Made by a program: the position numbers and the translations under genes
Notes under the pieces: generated by a model
The model's input: the letters and a program-made list of their open reading frames with translations, nothing else
Told to the model about the DNA's origin: nothing
The model's database searches: none
DNA from: Takakia lepidozioides
Lineage: Eukaryota; Plantae; Bryophyta
DNA length: 64,000 nucleotides
Assembly (NCBI GenBank): GCA_030704615.1
Contig: CM060733.1
Span: 5,580,001-5,644,000 of the forward strand
Direction of reading: 5' to 3'
Shown here: positions 49,746 through 64,000 of the stretch, piece after piece
How the letters are laid out: every line of letters starts with the position of its first letter
Numbering within the stretch: the first letter of the stretch is position 1

Positions 49746-51740
49746 GTCCAATGTCATGTAAGTCCAAATGCATTTTTTTCCCACAGAGCCTACGACCAGA
49801 TTTGAACCGGAGACCTTTCCCTTGATATCTCTCCCATCGAGGCTCCAACCATTGTCCCAGGAATGCTCACTTTGCCATTTGTGCTATTTTTTGTGAATTT
49901 CCAGCGACCAAAAGTACTTGGAATTCCGTATCTCCCACACCGCAGTCCAAAAGTCAAGAGACCAAGCCGGTGCACCCCTCCTCCTCGATGGCTTTCCAAC
50001 CGTACCAAGCACCAGCGCCGGGGCCTCGCGGTTTAGGACATCTCAACGCTACAAAACAAAACGAAACGAAACAAAACAAACAAACGTCTCGATTCATATA
50101 TTGATATTGATAGGCATATGGAAAAAGAGATTGAACCATGGCCGAGGACAAGTCTTCATTTTGTTACATTAAGTTAAAAATATCCAATTCGAAATCCTCA
50201 TTTACAAGTTTCTCGCTAGCCTAGCCAATGGGAAGATATCAACCCTTAGATCGGACATCCGGAGTGGCATGCTCAAAATGCATGGATGAAAACAATCTAG
50301 ACAGCAGGTACTATATCATGTACATCCATCCACACTACTGCTATCCGTCGACAGTGTTATTTGAAATAGCTCGGGACAGATGGCAAAACCACCATAATTG
50401 CAGAAATTGCCAAATCACGGACCTGACAGGTGTATGCAGAGTGCAGTGTCAGGACTGAGGAGGCACATTCCGTGTGGAATTCTCAATGTGATCAGTAGAC
50501 AGGACCAAGCCCTTTGGCCTAGCCGCTTCGTAGAATCGGCCTCTTTGTAGACCGATTCTAAGTTGACTGCTTGCCCTAACTTTGATGTATTTGTGGGCTA
50601 CTATGACTGCCGACGCCGTAAAGTGAACAGCTGAGACACCTACTGCTGTAAGCCTTTAATTGGCCCACATGTCGCTTGTTCACGCCCAGTTAAATATCTT
50701 TCAGTATTTTTGGTAATGTTTTGTGGACCCCTCACTCGGTGTCTTTCTTGGCCAGTTGGACTGGACAATCGGTAAGTTATCGTGCTTGGGAACTGTCCCC
50801 TTCTTGCTACTTACTCCTTACCCACACGCTTATTTTTCCCTTGTATCTTCCTTTCTTCTAGTAATAAAGTTTTATGGGCTTGAGTCGGTTCACTAGGGGC
50901 CAGTCGGATTTGTGAGCGGTTGCTCCATGACAGGCCTTCCATCTCGTCCGTTTGGACTTCTGTTCGTTTTTGCATTTTATTTATTATTATTATTTTTGAG
51001 TGGATTCTACAAAAATAAGAAAAACAATAAAGAAAGATTAAAAGTGTGGCAGCGCCGTGGAGGTGATTGAAAGTTAGGGTTCCGGGGAATTGGCGCCAGG
51101 CGATTCCGCTACCGCGCTCTAATCAGGGGGACAGGGAGAGCCGTGAGATTGGAGGGGAAGATCGGATGGTGGAGAGGAGCGGAGAGGGCGGGAGAGCGGG
51201 CGAGGCCAAGAGGGAGAGAGAGCGGAAGGCCGCGCAGGGCCGGTCCTTCTCGGAGCGTGGCCTCCTCAGCGCTCGTGGACGCTGCACCCCGGCTGTGATA
51301 TTCGCGGCGTTGCTGCAGGCAGGCTCTCTTGCCTGTGACGGGTCCCATGCCTACAGGAAGGGTTTGACGCTGGCGGCCAGCAGCAAACAGCAACGCGCAT
51401 ACCTGGGGCGTGGTGGTGAGGGAGGTCCAACCAACCTTATCACAGACGTCGTCTGCGTGTGTGTGAATCCGGGCCTTCTGCTTGCATGGTCGAGTTGTTT
51501 TGAAGCAGCAGAGATTCAAGTGGGGAGGGAAGAACGCGGTGCATCCTGCTCTATCTACTTCTTTTTTGTGTGGTGGATGTGAGTTGCCCGCTCTTGTTCC
51601 CTAGAGCTCTGCAAGGCCTAAAATCATAAAAATTAAAAAATCTCAAAACTAGAACTCACTCACTTCATACCCGGCAGAAGATTTTCTTCTTGCCTCCAAA
51701 AATCTGGAAAAATCATCTCCAGTCCCAGTTGAGTCCCTAA

Positions 51741-55868
<4,128 letters not shown>

Positions 55869-57338
55869 AGATGTGCATTACACAACCAGGATGCAATGGC
55901 CTTTGGTCTTTGCTTTGGCCCTTTGTTTCTGATTGTGTGGATTGGTATCTGCTTGGTCTACATGGATGCAGGTCACATTGTACGTTTCTACTGGTGTAGG
56001 AATGGATTTGCTTGTTCAGACATGGGAGGATGGTGTTGTAGGTTGGGTTCACTTTGATCGGTGCCTGCTCCATGAGCAAATTTTGGCCTCCAGTTTCACC
56101 CTTTTTCAATCAAGTGTGGGACATGGTTTCCATCCCATGCTTTTGGGGATTTTGGTGGTAGAAGTGATTGTCTCATCGGCGTAAGACATGGGTGCTACCT
56201 GCTGCCAAGCTCTGATATCATCTGCAGCAAAGCTTAATTTTTGGTGGGGCTTATAGGTGGCTGGGGGATAACTGCGGAGTCTGTCCTTCCTTCTGTTGTC
56301 TGTTTGAAGCAATTTGAAAAAACTTTTTCAATGTGTCTGAGCATCATCTGGTGAGCCCATTGTGTAGTGCTTGTGGAAAGGGGAGGTAGATGTGTGGTGT
56401 GGTGAGTGGGCCTTTTCCCTGTAGTTGCCGAGGTTAACTGGATCCATCAACATGCATCATGTCTAGGATTTTTTTATGATTGGGGCATGTAATGGCTATC
56501 ATTTGGAGGATTGGTTGTTTGGCTGCGGTAAGTGTTTCAGGAATTCTTTTACATCTGTAACATGCAGGATAGTTGTCATATCTCAATGTGGTTGCAGTTG
56601 CTCCTAAAGAGGTTGACGTCATGTTTAGTTTTAAGCACCTGCCCCAGGGTTTTTTTCGGTTTGAGGACCCGTCCGAGGAAAATTTTGGGAACTCCTTTGA
56701 GAGTATGTTCTCTCTCTACAAGGCTGTGCAAAGTCGCTGATTTCTTCTACTTTATCTTCAATCTCTGCCCAGGGCAATGGCCTGTAATCGACGCATTAAT
56801 TATGTGAGTCCTGTATCCGTGGTCTTTGTATGGATTAAAGTCCTTTGAATTACATAGGTACATAGTCAGCAGGGTTTTCTGCACTTCAAATATTATAGGC
56901 ATGTTGATCATTATTCAGGAGAACTGTGCTCGAATTGGTGTAATGTCACAGTTCTACAAACAAATTCCCCACAGGCACATTTTGATTATGAAGTATTGAG
57001 ATATGCTTCCTCCCCAATGGCATATTTGCTCTCAATGGAAGTTAGCTGACTTATGTGGAGATGTGGTAGGTAACTTCAGTGGCAACTGTTGAGCAGCTCC
57101 CTGCATGGTTGATGCATTCCTCAGTTCTACTGCATTGCCAAAGTTTATGATGAGGTGTAGGTAGTTAGCTCTGTTGACCCGTTTTGGGAGTGCAGAAAAT
57201 TGGTATGAAGCTTCAGAAGTATCCATGTTATGTCATGTATCATGAGCTATTTTGTCTGCGTTTAGGTCGGTATCCTCCTTGGCACTCGGTGTTCAAGGGT
57301 AGAGAAAGGTGAGTGCAAAGTTTGTATCAGCAGATTTA

Positions 57339-57846
57339 CTAGTCTAGACAACAGTTTGCACGAGAAGCTTACTGGAAGATCGGAGATGTGCATCCTGGAA
57401 GCCAGTGTTGCTAGTTGCTACCTTCTTGAATAGTTTGCAAGGTCCAACTGCTGTCATACAGCACGAGTTGTACATCGCTCCCAAATTCTATCCGCTCTTC
57501 TCCTTCCTTTGTTGCTGCAATACTTACCACTGGGTTATTGGGATTCCTGTGTGTTCTGCTGAAGCTCTGAACTGCAGAGTCTGCCCGCGTCCCTGCTGCA
57601 AATCTTTGTATCTTTCCATCAGGACCTGTAACCTCGGCAAACTACCCATCCCCTTGAAGGTCATGGTTGCTGCTAGCTTAGATATTGAGCTTGTTATCAA
57701 TGTAAGAACAATAAGTTCATATATTCAATCTCTGCAGCGTTTGAGTTTATACTGCATGGAAAATCAACACACCAAGAGAGGAGGGATATCTTACACATAA
57801 GTTTCGTGCCTGTGATGTTGAACCCTGTTGCATCTTGTGCAACCAT
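57339..57846 (-). CDS. Small (~86 aa) uncharacterised plant protein, 2-3 exons, divergent from OAT; not in the ORF track
   Basis: Exon 57846-57795 MVAQDATGFNITGTKLM(C)|GTAAG; exon 57625-57422 PDGKIQRFAAGTRADSAVQSFSR...SIAATKEGEERIEFGSDVQLVLYDSSWTLQTIQE|GTAGC; then AG|AC TAG (stop 57339-57341). Phases are consistent. Confidence 0.7.
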
Positions 57847-58605
57847 CAAGGATCAAACTATTTGATCCTTTGTGAAATGAGCGAGGAGATCTCTCATGAG
57901 ACACTATCTCGATAGCCCAGACAGTAGACGAAGACTGCAAATCAGTATCAGACTGCAAATCAGTATCTTGAGGCTGTTGCGTCTCTGATTCCAAGTGGGA
58001 TCCCGCGTTCCACTACAGAGATGTGATGTGTGTTTCTAGATGTGAAGGGGTAGTATTCCCGAGTGTTGTGATTTGAGACTCTGGATGATGTTGTGTACAC
58101 CTATGAATGTGTTCTATTTCCAAAGCACATCAATGTCCGAGATGAATGTGTTCACAACCTTACAAGTTAGAAGAGTGTTAGAAGAGTGTTTTCTCTAAAG
58201 AATAGTCTACTGGACGAGTCTTTCCAAATCGGTGGCTTGCGTGTTGGGCTTTACAGTTGACGAGGCAACTGCAGTGCTGGCACGCAATCCCAGGAAAGGA
58301 GGGCAGATTGGGTTCTGCCACTTGAGAAAATTTCTGAGAATCTTTTTAGAACTAATATCATGTCAAGAGAGAAAGAGAAGAGGACTGTTAAAGCTGTGTT
58401 AAAGCAAGACAGTGTGACACGTTTTGTCTATCTATGTAGGATTCGAAGTAGTGTAGGATTGATCGAGACAACGGGAGGGGAGGCCTCAACATTACAGTCT
58501 CGAAATTGAGGAACTTGAAAGCGATTTGATTACCCCCCACGCACTCAGAAGAGCGTAAGAGAGCTAGAAGGGAGAGGAGGAGGGGATTCTCAAAGTCCAC
58601 TCACT

Positions 58606-61600
58606 ATGGCGGCCCGTGCCAGAGTCATGCAGGGTAGAGCATTGCAGACTCTCTCATCGTGCCTCAGGGTTAGGACAGTGCCAGTTTTCCACCGTGATCT
58701 GTCGGCAAGTACGCAGGCTGTTCCAAAGAGGGCTGATTCGGGCGGTACGCTGTCTTCGGAGGATCTGATTCAATTGGAGCATCAATGCAGCGCCCACAAG
58801 TGTGTTCTCGTGTCTCTGTCATTCCATTAAAATTGTGAGAGGGTTTAGGCATGACAGTATTCACAAGTACCTCATTTGTCAGAGTCATGGATTGCAACAT
58901 AACAATTCCAACACACTGGCATACCCCTCAACAATCCGGATTCCATGTTAGTTGCATTGCTTTAAAGGTTGCCATTGTTATTGCAGTGAAAATCATATTT
59001 CTAATAAAAGCACCACTGATTTGTTTCTCTACTTTACCACATGCATATGTCCTGGCAGTCACAGTAACATATAATGAAGAGAAAGAGGAGATTTTGGACT
59101 TGCCGATTCGAATGCGACCAGGGCACTGCAATAAATTCGTCCTTTCCTCCGGGTATACATCTCGGCTAGTCCATGCCCCGGGTCGATCATGAAGCTACTA
59201 CACACGCCTATCCAGTGTGGTCACAACTTGAACGCTCCTCTATGTTAACACGACCAGTGGGAATATTTGCAGTTATCATCCGCTGCCAGTGGTTTTTGCA
59301 CGCGCTAAGAACGCTGAGGTTTGGGATCCTGAAGGGAGAAAGTACCTGGACTTCCTTTCTGCTTACTCTGCTGTCAACCAGGTTCCTTCATAACCACCGT
59401 CAAAGTATGTGGCATAGAGTGGAGTGAGATCTTCCCAGGGAAATTTCCAGGGGGTACTTTGTCCAGCAAAGATTCACTTGCTTGATTGACAGGATACTCC
59501 TATGAAACTGTGTTATTTGATGTGAAGTCGCAGTATCTGTAGGATCCAGAACCCGTGGTAACAACTGCAACTACAAATTCTCTTGAAATTTGTAACAAGA
59601 GCTGCTGATTTACCCACTTAGGAGCACCCTGACCAGCTGCTACATGTTCTAGGTGAGTTTCCAAATCAACCATCAGGCAACTGCATTGCTCAAGTACTGG
59701 AAAGTAATTAGAAACCTGTATTTGCTGCACTTTATTGCAATTTCATATGCCCTTTAAGGAGTGTAAGCAAGCACTGAGGAGCAACCTACAATATGAGAAA
59801 GTTGATGGTTGGGTTGCAGGGGCATGGGAACCAAAAAATTATTGATGCGCTAGTGGAGCAAGCACAGCGCCTCACTCTAAGCTCCCGTGCTTTTCATAAT
59901 GACAAATTTCCCATGTTTGCCAAGATGTTGACGTCAACCTTTGGCTATGAAATGATGCTGCCCATGAACACTGGGGCTGAGGGTGTGGAAACAGCAATCA
60001 AGCTGGCACGCAAGTGGGGATATGAGAAGAAAGGCATCCCCAAAGATCAGGTCTGTTCATTGTTTGATGTCAGTAGCTAGTGTTTGAAACCTTAAAGATG
60101 CTCTGTCTATTCATCATAGTCGTCAAACTGCACTCAGTTGCTTAGCATAGAGGCACCCAGGCTCTCTTGGTTTTTACAGAGAAACAGTTATTGCAGAGCT
60201 GCTGGCACAAGTTGTGAGCAATGGCCATCTGACTAATCTGACGTGCTCGTCAATTTAGGTTTTGTGTGTGGCAACTTGATAAGTAAAGTTACTTCGGCTG
60301 AAGTAGTGGGTGTCATTTCAGGCCATGATTGTTTCATGTTGTGGCTGCTTCCATGGCCGCACCATGGCAGCAATTTCCATGAGTTGCGACAATGAGGCCA
60401 CCCGTGGTTTCTGGCCATTGGTTGGCGGCCAACTGAAGGTCGACTTTGGTGATGCTGATGCCCTTGCACATCAGCTCAAAAGTGAGTGATACTGCATATC
60501 ATACCAGATACTTCCAAGGATGTGCATGGTTTTTGACTTTGAATCCAAGTGACTGTTTATCCCACTCCCAATATATATGTACTTTCAGACTGGAACGCTG
60601 CATGCTCAAATTTATGAATGGTCTTTCGAAGGAAATGCCGTTCAAGAGAGGGTTTGCTCCAAGATCCTTTTAAGTTCCAGGGCCACCTCAAAGAACTCGT
60701 TTCTACTGAACAGTTACCTGAACAAATGGAGACGGCAGTATGAATGTAGTGGGCAAGAAAATGAGTCTGGTTATTGGTTGGGGGTACATTGTGATGGTCA
60801 CATTGCTATTTTGGAAGGGGGACTCGCTGTGCAAGGAATTCCGTTGCTGTGTATGGATGCAGAGGGACTAAAATTGGCTAATCAGCACAAGCAATTTTCC
60901 TGTCATGTATCTCTCTTGTCCTTGATCCTGGTCCTCCCCGTCCAACACCAACAGATGCAAGGTCACAAATGCTGTAGTTACCTGTTGTTGCAGAGCATGG
61001 ACACCATGTTGCAGCATTCTTGTTCGAGCCTATTCAAGGAGAAGCTGGGGTACACTCTGGGCATTCTGTCTGTGTCATTCATTAAGATACTGCACAACTT
61101 TCTTAGGACTTTATCAGAGAACATCCTTGTGCACAGAAATTACAGTTTTTCCAAATCTATAACTTAAGAGTTAGGATCGTTGGTGATTGGGCAACGCTTG
61201 CGTGGATGATGAGATGTGGCCCGTAGTGAGCTTAGCAGACAACCTTATGTACTGAATACATCCAGAAACCACTGTTTAGTTGGCCACTCCTCTATTTCGG
61301 TCCACGACAGCTGCATTAACTAAAAGCCAGACAGGTGAAGAAGCCCCATATTGGAAAAACTTATTCAGTTATATGCTCTGACTTGAAATGTGCAGGTAAT
61401 AGTTCCACCGGAGGGGTATTTGAAGGCAGTCCGGGAGCTGTGTTCAAGGCACAATGTGTTAATGATAGCTGATGAGATCCAGACGGGAATTGGACGCACC
61501 GGCCGTCTTCTGGCCTGTGATTGGGAAGATGTTCGCCCCGATGTGGTGGTATGTTTCACTTCTTTTTTCTCAGTCTATGAAGAGGAAGATGTGTGAGGGA

Positions 61601-63713
61601 TGTGGGTGTTTCTGGGATAAGTCAGGCTCACAAGCATGTCTTGGCTCAAACTAATGTCTGCGCGAGGGCTGAGCAGCCTTTGAAAAGACAATACCCTGTC
61701 CCTATGTTCTGGGCAGCAGAAAAAGTAGTGTTCTTCTCAGCACTTCTTTTTTGGCAAAGTATGGAGATATCTCGATCTTATGAGGATATTTCTTGAATGG
61801 TGCAAGCTGGGCAGGCCCTGCCTCCCTGTCTTGACCTGAAGATTGTTTGAGCTGTTCCCAAAACACTGGTGAGGGATGCTGAGAACAAGGTGGGCAAGTT
61901 TTAAGGCATCAAGATGCAGTAGAGTTGGTGTTTTGGGGTGAGCTTCCCCTCCAGGCCTCATGTACGTTTTACATGGATCTTTGGAGATCCTGTCTGAGAG
62001 AGGGGGGAGAGACAGAGAGGAGAAATATGTCCACAGGATTGTGATCATGTCTTGAAAGATGTAGAGAGGAAGTGCTTTCATCCTCTGTATCTTGACGCAG
62101 AACAGTGGACAAAAAACTCCACTTTCAGAGTTGATGATTTTCTTGGGTATATGGGCAATGCAGATATTAGGTAAGGCACTGGGGGCGGGAGTGTTACCGG
62201 TGAGTGCGGTGCTCTCAGATCAGAATGTTATGCTTTGCATCAGACCTGGCGAGCATGGCAGGTGTGTGCAGTAGCTCCATCTTTTGACCTCTTGAAGATA
62301 GATACATCATAAGTTACTGACATTATTGTACATCAATCAATCCATGTTTGTGTGGGCTTTATGCACTGACGAAGGCTGCGTGGATGGCAGTACCTTTGGA
62401 GGAAACCCTTTGGCAAGTGCAGTGGGCATTGCTGCACTGGAAGTAGTGCAAGAAGAAAAACTCTCTGAAAGGTAGTGTGTCTCTGTTTGATGCTCTTCTG
62501 CCCCACCCCTTTCTCTGGTAGTCTGCTCTTTAGTCTTGTGTAATGAAGCCAACTTCAAATTGCCTTCTGTATTCCTGGTAGAATTCTAGCGTGATTTCAG
62601 AAAGAAGAGATGTCTATTCTTAAAGACTTAGCTGCCATAGCTTGTGACCCATAGACAGCACACCATATTCAGACAGAGAAGAAAGGATGGAAGAGGCAGG
62701 AGGCGACAAGGAGAGCAGTATCTGGCCCTTTCTAAGGGACTCACTCCTGCGAAGATAGTTGATTCTTGCATTTTTTCTTCAGAAGCGCTTTATTTCAGAG
62801 TCAGTTAAACATAGAGCTTGCAGCATTCTGTGAGGTTCTCAGAGAAAGGAAGAAGAAATGGGAAGGAAACACAACCAACTTCAGTAGCAGGGACGCAAGT
62901 AGAACAACGAAGGACCATAGAGAACAGACCACAGTAAGAGAGACATGGCATGCACATTGGAAATTTTGGGAATGAGACAAATAACAGTGGGATTTTGTTG
63001 GGGGTAGGTTGGTAAACAATAAGAGTACAACTGGCATGGAGAAAGTGAGATGCTGGAGAGTGACAGCAGGGTAAATTGTGGGCCTTGTTGGGCCAGAGCA
63101 GCGAAGGTAGGGGAGGAGTTCAGGGAGCAGCTACGCTCAGTGCAAAATGCCTACCCTGACTTGGTCAAAGAGGTCCGCGGCCGTGGTCTTTTGAACGCAG
63201 TGGAGCTATTTTCATCGGCGGAGTTCTCAGCTATGGATGTGTGTCTGGGTCTGAAGGACCGAGGAATTCTGTCCAAGCCCACACATGACACTATCATTAG
63301 ACTTTCGCCACCTCTTACCATTAGGTCATTCGTCACTTGCTGTCCCTCAGCCAAAACCCTTTTTTGTGGTAGGAAGCTACGTGGGGTGCTTAGAACTGAG
63401 AAACAAGGTTTATTCAGCTTTGAGTTGTGTACATTGTCTTGGTTTACATTTCATTGTACTACGTCATGTGGATGGAGCAAAGAGCTCCTAGTTCTCTAGA
63501 TCCAACTGCCCTCAGATGTCACCTCTGTTCTTAACCTCTCCTTTTTTGTGCAGGCAAGAGCAGTTGCAAGAGGCAGCCAAGGCTCTGAAAGACGTCTTTG
63601 AATTTGACATGGTCAACATGAAGCTTCGCTCGGAAGGCCGGATTCCCCAGAAAACTGAGGCTTGTGATCGCTGTGGACGCTACAAATATGAGATGCCTGA
63701 GACTGATCTCTAA
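58606..63713 (+). CDS. OAT: Ornithine delta-aminotransferase, mitochondrial (class III PLP enzyme), about 10 exons
   Basis: [93 protein letters not shown] (PLP lysine, ~62173), [32 protein letters not shown]; Arg-rich presequence; TAA at 63711-63713. Confidence 0.97.
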
Positions 63714-64000
63714 GCTCTCTTACTGACTTTTTTGCAGTTCCTTTTAATCATTCGGAGCTGATGTGGTGAGTTAGGACTGTGTAGTCTGTAGAGGGCTACT
63801 GTAGAAGGGGAGCTGCAGTTCGGGGAATTATGATCCAAAGTATACTGTTGTCAGAAGATGGAGTTCGGTCTGGTTTGGTGCACACGTTATGTGCAATCAC
63901 TGGATGCCCCAGTATGTGAAGATCTTGTGAATTGATCAGTGCGATTATAATGTTGTCCGTTTGTATTTAGGCAGGAAAAAATACTGCCATGATATTATTT

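Noticed and set aside
57932-57967. 18-bp tandem duplication AGACTGCAAATCAGTATC x2 and ORF 57791-57994
   Set aside because: Simple slippage duplication; the ORF starts at TTG and is out of frame with the supported exon.
60577-61167. 196-aa ORF inside OAT
   Set aside because: Mostly intronic; the real OAT exon ([19 protein letters not shown]) is in another frame.

Overview
Eukaryotic nuclear DNA from a land plant, most likely non-seed (inferred from intron-rich genes, an intronless PLS-DYW PPR gene and bryophyte-style TE relics; the species cannot be read from the sequence). Host genes: a trihelix (ASIL/SIP1-type) transcription factor (-), a DUF1499 gene (+), a PPR-DYW RNA-editing factor (-), a long multi-exon coiled-coil gene (-), poly(A)-binding protein (+), a small spliced gene missed by the ORF track (-) and ornithine delta-aminotransferase (+). 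There are also pseudogene fragments of a plastidic glucose transporter and of protein kinases. Mobile DNA is abundant: a LINE inside an intron, a ~4.5 kb element with long inverted ends, a MITE, LINE tails and a 1.36 kb local duplication. The main observation is at the left edge. A Ty3/gypsy-type LTR retrotransposon on the minus strand has a pol frame (2656->2, absent from the ORF track because it runs off the window) that carries, directly after the aspartic protease, a complete DNMT3-like C5 cytosine DNA methyltransferase domain with its catalytic motifs intact. All translations outside the ORF track were done by hand and no database searches were run.
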